In this document: one piece after another, positions 29,581 to 42,310 of the stretch | Position numbering within the stretch: the stretch's first letter is position 1 | How the letters are laid out: every line of letters begins with the position of its first letter | Source of the DNA: Macrostomum lignano | Lineage: Eukaryota | Assembly: GCA_002269645.1 (NCBI GenBank) | Contig: NIVC01000176.1 | Location: 186,001 to 250,000, forward strand | Direction: 5' to 3' | Length of the DNA stretch: 64,000 nt | The notes under the pieces: generated by a model | Seen by the model: the letters and a program-made list of their open reading frames with translations, nothing else | The model's database searches: none | What the model was told of the DNA's origin: nothing | Made by a program: the position numbers and the translations under genes

Positions 29581-30059
29581 ATAAAATCAGAAAGTTACCA
29601 TGCAAGAAAGCCGTCCCCTTTCTTGACAGCCTACTCATAGAGTATACGGTTGGATTGTTAAAAGAAAACTATGAAAATCCTGCCAAGTACATGTAATGGT
29701 AACATGAATTTTAATGCTGTTTTTCTTTCTGTTTAGCTGCAGTTCAGTTTGATCTGGTATAAATTCAGCTCTGGCTTCTGACAATGTCGAAATTTCTTTT
29801 TTAAGCTAAAATTTCCTGATATTTTTACTTTTGCAGTTCTGCGTTAGTTCAATCGCGTACAGATTTTTCAAATCTAGGCCTTTGGTTCCCACGCTCAACT
29901 TGTCACTAGAATACTTACTAGTACTTACTTACTTACTTGGTAATTTGAATTTGAATTTCTAAGCAGATGTAATATTTTCTGTGAAAAAAAAAGTTCAATG
30001 GAAAAGAAGGTTAGCAGATGAAGAAGTATTGCTGGTAGGTAGAGCGATAGTTGTGGGGC

Positions 30060-30500
30060 AGGTAGATCGAATTTTAAATGGTCAGATAGACAGCTGAAAC
30101 TGGCAGATCAAGAGAAGAGGGGCATATCGATCCAGATGTCAGTGGCAGATTAGATCAGCAAGAGAGTGGCAGATAGATCTAGTTTAGAGTGGCAGGCAGA
30201 TAGATCGGGAGGAGAGTGGCAGATAGATTGTGAGGAAAGTAGCAGATAGATCGGGAGGAGAGTGGCAGATAGATCGGGAGGAGAGTGGCAGATAGATTGT
30301 GAGGAAAGTAGCAGATAGATCGGGAGGAGAGTGACAGATAGATCGGAAGGAGAGTGGCAGATAGATCGGGAGGAGAGTGGCAGATAGATCGGGAGGAGAG
30401 TAGCAGATAGATCAGGAGAGTGGCAGATAGATCGGGAGGAGAGTGGCAGATAGATCGGGAGGAGAGTGGCAGATAGATCGGGAGGAGAGTGGCAGATAGA
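30060..30500. repeat. 23-bp purine-rich minisatellite (tggcagatagatcgggaggagag)
   Basis: Direct tandem periodicity. Confidence 0.88.
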
Positions 30501-31020
30501 CAGGAAAGACTCATATCAAACGCATGAAGTAGAGAGCCAGCCAGATTTCTAAAAGACATCTCGGTCAGGCAGTCCTCCACGCAGCCAGCAATTTGTTTGA
30601 TGAAATCCGACTTTGACCCAAACATTTTCGCCCCTGACCGGCCAAGGCGGCCTAGCTCTCTCATTATGTCATTATCCAATTTGTTCGACTGGGCAATCGC
30701 AGCAGGGGGTGGGTCGGCCGGACGCCGGCGCTTCCCCTTCCCGTCAGATTCAATGATGCTGACGGAGGATTTGAATCGCCCCGGGGGGTAAGAGGGGGGA
30801 GGACTGCCGCGGCTTCCCAGCTCCGTTATCTAATCACGAGAGCTGAAGCTTGGGCTATAAAACTTTGCCGATCCGCAATAGCACGGTCTGAGCGTGTAAC
30901 TCTTACTGCAGTTCGTAGGCATTAAGCCAGCTTAATGATGGAATGCAGCTTACGGCCATTTTTACTGTTTGGGATTTAAGCTTTGTAAATTAATTTATTC
31001 ATCATTCGGAGGGTGAGTGA

Positions 31021-32280
31021 GTGAGTGACTGGAGGAGTGACTGGAGGAGTGACTGGGGATTGACTGGAGGAGTGACTGGAGGAGTGACTGGAGGAGTGAC
31101 TGGAGGAGTGACTGGAGGAGTGACTGGAGGAGTGACTGGAGGAGTGACTGGAGGAGTGACTGGAGGATTGACTGGAGGAGTGACTGGAGGAGTGACTGGA
31201 GGAGTGACTGGAGGAGTGACTGGAGGAGTGACTGGAGGAGTGACTGGAGGAGTGACTGGAGGAGTGACTGGAGGAGTGACTGGAGGATTGACTGGAGGAG
31301 TGACTGGAGGAGTGACTGGAGGAGTGACTGGAGGAGTGACTGGAGGAGTGACTGGAGGAGTGACTGGAGGAGTGACTGGAGGAGTGACTGGAGGAGTGAC
31401 TGGAGGAGTGACTGGAGGATTGACTGGAGGAGTGACTGGAGGAGTGACTGGAGGAGTGACTGGAGGAGTGACTGGAGGAGTGACTGGAGGAGTGACTGGA
31501 GGAGTGACTGGAGGAGTGACTGGAGGAGTGACTGGAGGAGTGACTGGAGGAGTGACTGGAGGAGTGACTGGAGGAGTGACTGGAGGAGTGACTGGAGGAG
31601 TGACTGGAGGATTGACTGGAGGAGTGACTGGAGGAGTGACTGGAGGAGTGACTGGAGGAGTGACTGGAGGAGTGACTGGAGGAGTGACTGGAGGAGTGAC
31701 TGGAGGAGTGACTGGAGGAGTGACTGGAGGAGTGACTGGAGGATTGACTGGAGGAGTGACTGGAGGAGTGACTGGAGGAGTGACTGGAGGATTGACTGGA
31801 GGAGTGACTGGAGGAGTGACTGGAGGAGTGACTGGAGGAGTGACTGGAGGAGTGACTGGAGGAGTGACTGGAGGAGTGACTGGAGGATTGACTGGAGGAG
31901 TGACTGGAGGATTGACTGGAGGAGTGACTGGAGGAGTGACTGGAGGAGTGACTGGAGGAGTGACTGGAGGAGTGACTGGAGGAGTGACTGGAGGAGTGAC
32001 TGGAGGAGTGACTGGAGGAGTGACTGGAGGAGTGACTGGAGGAGTGACTGGAGGATTGACTGGAGGAGTGACTGGAGGAGTGACTGGAGGAGTGACTGGA
32101 GGAGTGACTGGAGGAGTGACTGGAGGAGTGACTGGAGGAGTGACTGGAGGAGTGACTGGAGGATTGACTGGAGGAGTGACTGGAGGATTGACTGGAGGAG
32201 TGACTGGAGGAGTGACTGGAGGAGTGACTGGAGGAGTGACTGGAGGAGTGACTGGAGGAGTGACTGGAGGAGTGACTGGT
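31021..32280. repeat. 12-bp minisatellite (ggagtgactgga), ~105 copies
   Basis: Near-perfect array with a recurring ggattg variant; produces the spurious GGVT ORF. Confidence 0.97.
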
Positions 32281-32734
32281 TGAGTGACTCGGTGATTCAG
32301 CTTCTTACCAAGGCAAACTCGACCTCATCATCAGCTCGCTGTGGAAGGATTTAGACGTCTTCCATCCGTCTGTCTCTCTCCTAACAACCGGGCCTCATCT
32401 CTATCGAATTCAGATTCATCTCGAACTCGCAGGGAAAGGAAACCGATTCGGTAAGGATGGCCCTGCCTGCAAATTATCCAAGCTCCTGCAAATCAAGTTT
32501 GGGCGGAGTCACCCGCTATTAAAGTTTAGTTGGGTTGGTTTATCCGCATACCATCTGTCTCTGCGAATCTGTTGGACCAATATGAGCTCTTTTCTTCAAG
32601 CCTCAGTATTTCTATTGTCGTTACTTCTTTGCTTCTGTTTGTTCCCGCGGCGGTGAAAGATTTTCCCATCCTGTCAACACGATGTAGGACTTTTACACGA
32701 TGGGTATTTTTCGGGCTTTGGAAATTCCCCAGTT

Positions 32735-33634
32735 TGTAGCTCCCAGTCTGTAGCTCCCAGTCTGTAGCTCCCAGTCTGTAGCTCCCAGTCTGTAGCTCCC
32801 AGTCTGTAGCTCCCAGTCTGTAGCTCCCAGTCTGTAGCTCCCAGTCTGTAGCTCCCAGTCTGTAGCTCCCAGTCTGTAGCTCCCAGTCTGTAGCTCCCAG
32901 TCTGTAGCTCCCAGTCTGTAGCTCCCAGTCTGTAGCTCCCAGTCTGTAGCTCCCAGTCTGTAGCTCCCAGTCTGTAGCTCCCAGTCTGTAGCTCCCAGTC
33001 TGTAGCTCCCAGTCTGTAGCTCCCAGTCTGTAGCTCCCAGTCTGTAGCTCCCAGTCTGTAGCTCCCAGTCTGTAGCTCCCAGTCTGTAGCTCCCAGTCTG
33101 TAGCTCCCAGTCTGTAGCTCCCAGTCTGTAGCTCCCAGTCTGTAGCTCCCAGTCTGTAGCTCCCAGTCTGTAGCTCCCAGTCTGTAGCTCCCAGTCTGTA
33201 GCTCCCAGTCTGTAGCTCCCAGTCTGTAGCTCCCAGTCTGTAGCTCCCAGTCTGTAGCTCCCAGTCTGTAGCTCCCAGTCTGTAGCTCCCAGTCTGTAGC
33301 TCCCAGTCTGTAGCTCCCAGTCTGTAGCTCCCAGTCTGTAGCTCCCAGTCTGTAGCTCCCAGTCTGTAGCTCCCAGTCTGTAGCTCCCAGTCTGTAGCTC
33401 CCAGTCTGTAGCTCCCAGTCTGTAGCTCCCAGTCTGTAGCTCCCAGTCTGTAGCTCCCAGTCTGTAGCTCCCAGTCTGTAGCTCCCAGTCTGTAGCTCCC
33501 AGTCTGTAGCTCCCAGTCTGTAGCTCCCAGTCTGTAGCTCCCAGTCTGTAGCTCCCAGTCTGTAGCTCCCAGTCTGTAGCTCCCAGTCTGTAGCTCCCAG
33601 TCTGTAGCTCCCAGTCTGTAGCTCCCAGTCTGTA
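32735..33634. repeat. 14-bp minisatellite (tgtagctcccagtc), ~64 apparently identical copies
   Basis: Homogeneous array, open in all three minus-strand frames. Confidence 0.97.
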
Positions 33635-34327
33635 TACCCAGACTGCAACTTTTGGGTCCCAGAAAGAGAACGCACAAATGCCAGTCACTCAGGATATAGT
33701 TGTGTTGGCCTTCAGCCAGCCTATTTTACTGCGAGCGCTGAGTCATTCATCCTACATGTAGTTTACAGCGGTCATCCCCCGGTTCCCTGAGACGAACAGC
33801 AGCTTAGCAACAGTGCAGCATCGGCATGCTTTTGGACAGACTTGGTGGACAGATGACCCAAGCCCTGTCCTAGCACGCAACAGTTGCACATCCTGGATGT
33901 GTCAGAATTGCGGTCAGCATGTTTCCTTGGGTGGATAAGGGCTATTATAGGCTATTTTCTGGCCTGGTAACTAAACGTGTCCGTCTGTCTGTCTGCCGTC
34001 CGATGGTGTTCCTGTAGACGAGAGAGACAGGGGCATGCGCCGCCCAATATCCTGATGTTTCTACAGCTGTGCGCTCTGCAGTTTCTCCGCCCAGGTGACC
34101 AGGATACGTCAAACATAGTTTAGCAATCTGTTTTTCCTGCTTTACTGGATATTACTGGATATATTTGTTTATTAACAGGCTTGACCTTGGCTTACTGTGA
34201 TGGCGATTGGGGAAACAGTAGTGGATCTAGACTGATCTGAATGAAATATATTTAACAATCAATAAAAGCTATTTAGAGCTATTTATGGTTCTGCATTTCT
34301 CGGCTAGCAAGTATTTGTAGTTTGTCG

Positions 34328-34800
34328 AGTCTCAGTGTGAGATTATCTTGCGGAATTATCAAGTCTCAGTGTGAGATTATCTTGCGGAATTATCAAGTCT
34401 CAATGTGAGATTATCTTGCGGAATTATCAAGTCTCAATGTGAGATTATCTTGCGGAATAATCAAGTGTCAGTGTGAGATTATCGTTAGAAATTATCAAGT
34501 CTCAGTGTGAGATTATCTTGCGGAATTATCAAGTCTCAATGTGAGATTATCTTGCGGAATTATCAAGTCTCAATGTGAGATTATCTTGCGGAATTATCAA
34601 GTCTCAATGTGAGATTATCTTGCGGAATAATCAAGTGTCAGTGTGAGATTATCGTTAGAAATTATCAAGTCTCTGTGTGAGATTATCTTAAGAAAAAATC
34701 AAGATTCTATAGGATTATCCTAAAGATTTAGACAGTATCGGTGCGAGATTATCTAGATTGATCAGTCGGTCTAGGTCTGAGAATATCGAGAATCGAGACT
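34328..34800. repeat. 34-bp minisatellite of the same family as 28770-29580
   Basis: agtctcagtgtgagattatcttgcggaattatca, ~10 copies, then degenerate. Confidence 0.88.
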
Positions 34801-34952
34801 ATTAGGGGGAATTATAAAGCTCTCAAAGTGAGGATAAGAATTTTCATAATACATCATCCTACTCATAGCATCAGATAATAGAACGAGAATGTTACATCAA
34901 CAAGTAACAAGTTTTACAAGTAGCAGACTTTCCCAATGCACTTTTCAAACTG

Positions 34953-36509
34953 TCAGACAAGCGTAGCAAAGTACATGATGTCCGGCGTGTCGCAGTCAGT
35001 CAAGCATTCGGTCAGGTACAGCCTGAATCCTTTCAATGGCTGTTTGCCGCGGCTGTTGGCAGACTTCGGTTTGTACATGCACCCCTGACAGGAGCGCCGC
35101 CGATGCGGGCAGCAGAGCCGGTCGGAGTCTGCCGGATCCATGCTGCTCACGCCCGTATCGCTGTCGGCGCTGCAGCCACCGTTGGTTGGACAGTCTGTCG
35201 CTGCCTCGACCAGCGTTGTCGTGGTTGACAGCAGACGAACCTCCACAACCCGGCGCCTGCGGCTGCGAGATGCGCCAACCGCAGCAGTTGTGCAGGTAGA
35301 GTTGTTGGTCTTCGTGTCGAGGTTGAGTCGGCGCATCCAGTCGCGGATCAGCTTGCCGGATTCGTCCACATCCTGAACCACATCGATGGCTTTGGTGGCT
35401 TCCTGGTTGCTGCCAGCGGTGGCGCTGTTGTCTTTAACCTCAAATGTGACCCGGCGAGTAAGTCGACGAGGTCGTACCCGAAGTCGGTAGTTTTGACGAT
35501 GACGGCGGAGCCGACGTAGAAATCGTTCGACGGTTAGATTGTTGCGGACTCGCTTCAGCTTGCCTGGGTTTTCGGGTGAAGAGGGAAGAGGCTGGAGGGA
35601 CTGAAAACTGGGGGATTACCCACTAGTAGATGGGGCTGGCTCTATCTAGGGAGTGGAGTTGCTGTGATATCTGGGGATCGGGGTGGTTGTGTTTTTTGGG
35701 GAGTGGGGTGGCTGTCTTTACTGGGGAGTGGGGTGGCTGTGTTATCTATGGGTGGCTGTGTTATCTATGGGTGGCTGTGTTATCTATGGGTGGCTGTGTT
35801 ATCTATGGGTGGCTGTGTTATCTATGGGTGGCTGTGTTATCTATGGGTGGCTGTGTTATCTATGGGTGGCTGTGTTATCTATGGGTGGCTGTGTTATCTA
35901 TGGGTGGCTGTGTTATCTATGGGTGGCTGTGTTATCTATGGGTGGCTGTGTTATCTATGGGTGGCTGTGTTATCTATGGGTGGCTGTGTTATCTATGGGT
36001 GGCTGTGTTATCCATGGAGTGGGGTGGCTGTTATCTGGGGAGTGGGGTGACTGTGTTATCTGGGGAGTGGTGTGGTTGTATTATCTGGGGAGTGAGGCGG
36101 CTGTGTTATCTAGCTTGAAAAAATCACCTGGAAATTCGACCACCATTTCGTAGCGCTCGCTTTCAGTCTGCAGACAATCAAAGCAGCAGTCAGCGGTCTC
36201 ATCCTGCTCTGTGGCGTTGGCCCGACATTGAGACCAGACCAGGGCGTAGACCAAATCTCTGCACAGTGCCGTCGGGTCCAGTGATCCCAGGCCTGATAGT
36301 CGATAAACTTTACCGTAGAAAATCACCTCAAGGTCGTTCAACTTCTCGGCTGGTGACTGATTTTGGCACCCGTGCTTTCTTCGCTTATTGTGCCATTCGT
36401 TGATGAAGCTTGGTTGTTGCTGCCTGGTTTTTCTTCCATGAATCGGGTTCATCACGGAGTCTGTAGACGACACCGATGAAGCATAGGGATAACCGTGCCT
36501 GCGATTCAT
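34953..36509 (-). CDS. Two-exon gene with an N-terminal Ras-association (RA)-like domain resembling RASSF7-10 (exons 36509-36128, 35563-34953), ~330 aa
   Basis: ATG at 36509. Donor CCAG|GTGAT (phase 1) joins acceptor CCCAG|GC after a pyrimidine tract. The joined sequence DLEVIFYGKVYRLSGL...ALCRDLVYAL...RYEMVVEFPGKLKRV resembles RASSF8 ELKVWVDGVQRIVCGV...TCQEVVIAL...RYTLIEKW. Confidence 0.55.
35660..36110. repeat. 19-bp minisatellite filling the intron of the RA-like gene
   Basis: ggctgtgttatctatgggt, ~15 perfect copies plus degenerate flanks. Confidence 0.93.
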
Positions 36510-37094
36510 AGTTTGCAGTGTTTTTCGCTTTCGAAATTTCCCAGAAAAGATTTTAAAACTTGCGCTATACCCCGATCTTTCGAAGTTGCACTTCAAATAC
36601 TTCAATTTCGCCGCGGGGCGAAATGCCCATCGCTGATTGGCTGCAACTTTCCCTCCTAGATTCGAATCTTCTCTCCAGCCTCGCTCTCTCCGCCGATGGC
36701 GGCCGTATTAATGAGACCATGAATATTCATTTTGCACTGTAGAGAAGAGAGCTCGTATGAGAGAAAGAGGTAGCTGATGATTTCCCTAACTACGCTCAAT
36801 ATAGGCTTTCTAGTAATGGTATCGTTATAGTGGCTAGCGACTATTCAACTCGAAAAAATTGTCGGTACTTACATCTCTCCTAGATAGAAGTTCTCCATGT
36901 GCGAGATGATGAAATAGTTCATCTTCATTAATTGCACTCCAGCATCACTAGAATTCATGCCATTGACATGTTCGTTTCTTAGAAACCTTTTTGAGTCTCA
37001 TTTATTTCCGAAAAAAATAGTTTGCTAAAATAGAAAGTTAACACGTTTGTTCATTGTCGTTAGTTGATATACTCGATTGCATGCTTGATTTTTG

Positions 37095-37285
37095 CGCCCC
37101 TAACAACCCCCTGACAGCGCCCCTAACAGCCTCCTAACAGCCCCCCTAACAGCCCCCCTAACAGCCCTTAACAGCCCCTAACAGCCCCCAGAAGCCCCCC
37201 TAACAGCCCCTAACAACCCCTTGACAGCTCCCCTAACAGCGTCCCTAACGGCGTCCCTAACAGCGCCACCAGCAGCTCCCAACAG
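37095..37285. repeat. 11-12-bp degenerate repeat (cccctaacagc)
   Basis: Direct observation. Confidence 0.8.
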
Positions 37286-38139
37286 CGCTCGCAATCGAAA
37301 GTCCCAACAAACGCTTGGCTAAGCCGCATGCAAAGCAGGCAGGCTTGTAAACTGCTATGTTCTCATTCGGCGATTCGGCTGGGTCACACAGATCGATAAA
37401 AGAGCTGCTTCATCAAGCATCGATCAGCTGCTGGTATCATATTCTGTCTCCAGCAGCACGCACTGAAAATGCATTAAGTCTGACGCCTGACTAGCACCCC
37501 TGGGAAAATTTGTGCTCGCTATCAGCCTGACAGAAACACGCGAGGTACACTACTAAAATTTCTATAGGAAGTAGTAATGAAATAATTTTGCAGTTGAAAT
37601 CTATTTAACTCTGCTTAACAATACAATGCAGGTTTGGATCAATAAAATTTATTCAATTAAGCCACATTCCACTCTACCAATTGTAAAACATATTTGTCAA
37701 GGATATTAAAATGTACTTTTGTGATGAAATATTCATACGACGACAGAGTGGCAAGACTGGGCAATTAGGATTCGGATTTTTTACGAGAGCTGAGTGCAAT
37801 ATCAGTAACAACAATGCTCAATACTCATGTGAGCAGTTTTTTGCAAACCCTCAGGCCTTCGCCTGATTATCCTGTAAAGAGGGGGAGGGCGGGCAGAGAG
37901 GAGGCTTCATCGCTTCCCCCTGGAAGGGAGAAAGGCAAATAAAAATCCCCTCCCCCCATCAAATCTACAAGAGTTTTCAGGGGACAGCTGGTTGGCTACG
38001 ACCAAACATATTTTCTTGTCGTTTTTTCACCCCTTGAACCAATACAAGCTGAGCTAATGTGTATCTTAAATTGGGCTAAATCAGCAGCTGTCTATCCAGA
38101 TACTATGCTTTAGAACTCCTTGTTAAGATGCCCAAACCA

Positions 38140-38925
38140 ATCTAGCACTCCATGACAATTTAGCCTCCATTGCCAGGATTGAGTTTCCCTATCCAGATTC
38201 CATGTCTAGCACTCCATGCTAGTTTAGTCTCCATTGCCAGGATTGAGTTTCCCTATCCAGATTCCATGTCTAGCACTCCATGCCAATTTAGTCTTTATTG
38301 CCAGGATTGAGTTTCCCTATCCAGATTCCATGTCTAGCACTCCATGCCAATTTCGCCTTTATTGCCAGGATTGAGTTTCCCTATCCAGATTCCATGTCTA
38401 GCACTCCATGCCAATTTAGCCTTTATTGCCAGGATTGAGTTTCCCTATCCAGATTCCATGTCTAGCACTCCATGCCAATTTCGCCTTTATTGCCAGGATT
38501 GAGTTTCCCTATCCAGATTTCATGTCTAGCACTCCATGCCAATTTAGCCTTTATAGCCAAGATTGAGTTTCCCTATCCAGATTCCATGTCTAGCACTCCA
38601 TGCCAATTTAGCCTTTATAGCCAAGATTGAGTTTCCCTATCCAGATTCCATGTCTAGCACTCCATGCCAATTTCGCCTTTATTGCCAGGATTGAGGTTCC
38701 CTATCCAGATTCCATGTCTAGCACTCCATGCCAATTTCGCCTTTATTGCCAGGATTGAGGTTCCCTATCCAGATTCCATGTCTAGCACTCCATGCAAATT
38801 TAGCCTTCATTGCTAGGATTGAGTTTCTCTATCCAGATTCCATGTCTAGCACTCCATGCCAATTTAGCCTTCATTGCTAGGATTGAGTTTCTCTATCCAG
38901 ATTCCATGTCCAGCACTCTACGCTG
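38140..38925. repeat. 64-bp minisatellite, ~12 copies
   Basis: ctagcactccatgccaatttagcctttattgccaggattgagtttccctatccagattccatgt with period 64. Confidence 0.95.
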
Positions 38926-39304
38926 ATGAATCCTGACCCCAGCAGTGTCCAATCCAGATTAAAGATGCATGTATCTAGTTGTCCATGTCGAATCAAAGAA
39001 AGAAATCAAAGGAAAAATTATTTCAGTAAAAATGTATCAAACGCAATTAAAGCTTCCACGAGAGCCGGTTTGTTAAGTGGTGCGAAAATAACTCCCCCCT
39101 GCCACAACCAGCGTGAAATGGGAAGAACGTACGTATTCGTGATGGGGCACGTCAGAGACTGACGTGGACTGGAGTCTGCAAGTAGGGCTCGGTCCGACGG
39201 ATTAGGACAGGTTTGAAGTGAAACATAATTGTTTATCTATCTGGGCCAGCGTGCCCGGTTAAAGACTTTTGCTGCTTTGCAGATTTTGTGGGACTGCGGA
39301 GCCT

Positions 39305-40025
39305 CTATCTATCCAGTCTCATCTCTTCTCTCCAGATCGCATCTCTTCTCTCTAGATCTTATCTATTCTCTGTAGATCTTATCTCTTTTCTGTAGATCTC
39401 ATCTCCTCTCTCTAGATCTCATCTCTTCTCTCTAGATCTGATCTCTTCTCTCTAGATCTGATTTATTCTCTCTAGATCTTATCTTATCTCTACATCGCAT
39501 CTCTTCTTTTTAGATCGCATCTATTCTCACGAAATCTGATGTCATCCATCGAAATCTCATCTCTTCTCTCTAGATCTCATCTCCCCTCTCTAGATCTCAT
39601 CTGCTCTCTCTAGATCTCATCTGCTCTCTCTAGATTTCATCTCCCCTCTCTAGATCTCATCTGCTCTCTCTAGATCTCATCTCCCCTCTCTAGATCTCAT
39701 CTGCTCTCTCTAGATCTCATCTGCTCTCTCTAGATTTCATCTCCCCTCTCTAGATCTCATCTGCTCTCTCTAGATCTCATCTGCTCTCTCTAGATTTCAT
39801 CTCCCCTCTCTAGATCTCATCTGCTCTCTCTAGATCTCATCTGCTCTCTCTAGATTTCATCTCCCCTCTCTAGATCTCATCTGCTCTCTCTAGATTTCAT
39901 CTCCCCTCTCTAGATCTCATCTGCTCTCTCTAGATCTCATCTGCTCTCTCTAGATCTCACCCCATTTCTTTAGATCTCACCCTTTTTTTCGATATCTTAC
40001 TTCTTCTCTCTAGATCTCATATCAT
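39305..40025. repeat. 20-bp pyrimidine-rich minisatellite (tctagatctcatctgctctc)
   Basis: Direct tandem periodicity. Confidence 0.92.
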
Positions 40026-40759
40026 CTTTCAACCTCTCCTTTCCACTCTGGTTCCTCGATCTCATTTCTTAATTTTCCTCTTGTACTCTTTTTGTCTCAG
40101 CTTTCAGGAGAGCTTGGATAATTAATACTTTGCATTCAAGCAGCATGCGAGAGCGACAAGTGGCGAGGCACTCAAGATGAAGTTATCCCAATCGATATGG
40201 CAGATAATTGAGACATCTGTAGTTTACAGTGGGACAGACCCAAGCCTAACACCTAGAAGACGGGCAGCGCAAGAAGAGGTTTGAAGATGCTTTCGATTCG
40301 AGGAGCTGAGCTGCCAATTCAGCTGCCAATCACGCCGATAAGAAGGCCCAACCAAGTACATCTACAGGTAAGTGGAATAGGACAATCAACTAAGTTATTG
40401 ATATCAACTTACCCCATGAGCCTACTTGTGACAGTTGATATTGTTAGTCACAGGCTCATTATTATTATTTCCGTATAAGTGAGAACTATTTGCCTGCATC
40501 ACCTCTACTACATCACTTCTTTGAATAAAACACTTCATGTTAGTAGCTGCGTGTTTATGAGGGTTCTAGAGGGCAGGTTAGTTTGCTTGAAGCGGGGCTC
40601 CAGGCAGTGCCGAAAATATCGAGGTGGCAGCCGGCACGGTAGAGGATGCTCTCAGGCACAGCTCTCACACAGGGTGTGCAGCGACCAAGAATATCTGTCA
40701 TCGTGAAGCATGAGCCAATTTTCGTACACGGAATCCAAACTGGGTACGCGTTAATCGCT

Positions 40760-42310
40760 GAGCTCTCATCTCCCCTCTCTAGCTCTCATCTCCTCTCTCT
40801 AGCTCTCATCTCCCCTCTCTAGCTCTCATCTCCCCTCTCTAGCTCTCATCTCCCTCTCTAGCTCTCATCTCCCCTCTCTAGCTCTCATCTCCCCTCTCTA
40901 GCTCTCATCTCCTCTCTCTAGCTCTCATCTCCTCTCTCTAGCTCTCATCTCCTCTGTCTAGCTCTCATCTCCTCTGTCTAGCTCTCATCTCCTCTCTCTA
41001 GCTCTCATCTCCCCTCTCTAGCTCTCATCTCCCCTCTCTAGCTCTCATCTCCTCTCTCTAGCTCTCATCTCCTCTCTCTAGCTCTCATCTCCTCTGTCTA
41101 GCTCTCATCTCCCCTCTCTAGCTCTCATCTCCCCTCTCTAGCTCTCATCTCCTCTGTCTAGCTCTCATCTCCTCTGTCTAGCTCTCATCTCCTCTGTCTA
41201 GCTCTCATCTCCTCTGTCTAGCTCTCATCTCCTCTGTCTAGCTCTCATCTCCTCTGTCTAGCTCTCATCTCCTCTCTCTAGCTCTCATCTCATCTCTCTA
41301 GCTCTCATCTCCTCTGTCTAGCTCTCATCTCCTCTGTCTAGCTCTCATCTCCTCTCTCTAGCTCTCATCTCCTCTGTCTAGCTCTCATCTCCTCTGTCTA
41401 GCTCTCATCTCCTCTCTCTAGCTCTCATCTCCTCTGTCTAGCTCTCATCTCCTCTGTCTAGCTCTCATCTCCTCTGTCTAGCTCTCATCTCCCCTCTCTA
41501 GCTCTCATCTCCCCTCTCTAGCTCTCATCTCCCCTCTCTAGCTCTCATCTCCCTCTCTAGCTCTCATCTCCCCTCTCTAGCTCTCATCTCCCCTCTCTAG
41601 CTCTCATCTCCTCTCTCTAGCTCTCATCTCCTCTCTCTAGCTCTCATCTCCTCTCTCTAGCTCTCATCTCCCCTCTCTAGCTCTCATCTCCTCTCTCTAG
41701 CTCTCATCTCATCTCTCTAGCTCTCATCTCCTCTCTCTAGCTCTCATCTCCTCTCTCTAGCTCTCATCTCCTCTGTCTAGCTCTCATCTCCTCTCTCTAG
41801 CTCTCATCTCCTCTCTCTAGCTCTCATCTCCTCTGTCTAGCTCTCATCTCCCCTCTCTAGCTCTCATCTCCTCTCTCTAGCTCTCATCTCCTCTGTCTAG
41901 CTCTCATCTCCCCTCTCTAGCTCTCATCTCCTCTCTCTAGCTCTCATCTCCTCTCTCTAGCTCTCATCTCCTCTCTCTAGCTCTCATCTCCTCTCTCTAG
42001 CTCTCATCTCCTCTCTCTAGCTCTCATCTCCTCTGTCTAGCTCTCATCTCCCCTCTCTAGCTCTCATCTCCTCTCTCTAGCTCTCATCTCCTCTGTCTAG
42101 CTCTCATCTCCTCTGTCTAGCTCTCATCTCCTCTGTCTAGCTCTCATCTCCTCTGTCTAGCTCTCATCTCCTCTGTCTAGCTCTCATCTCCTCTGTCTAG
42201 CTCTCATCTCCTCTCTCTAGTCCTCATCTCCTCTCTCTAGCCCTCATCTCCTCTCTCTAGTCCTCATCTCCTCTCTCTAGATCTCTTCTCCTCTCTCTAG
42301 ATCTCATCTC
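40760..42310. repeat. 20-bp minisatellite (tctagctctcatctcctctc), ~77 copies, related to the 39305-40025 array
   Basis: The unit differs from the upstream array mainly by one a>c change and reverts to the agatct form at ~42290. Confidence 0.95.

Noticed and set aside
31021-33688. 420-aa GGVT ORF and 331-383-aa ATDWELQTGSYRLG ORFs (possible antifreeze or structural proteins)
   Set aside because: Pure 12-bp and 14-bp satellites with no credible ATG, signal peptide or synonymous variation. The 14-mer is open in all three frames simply because it lacks stops.
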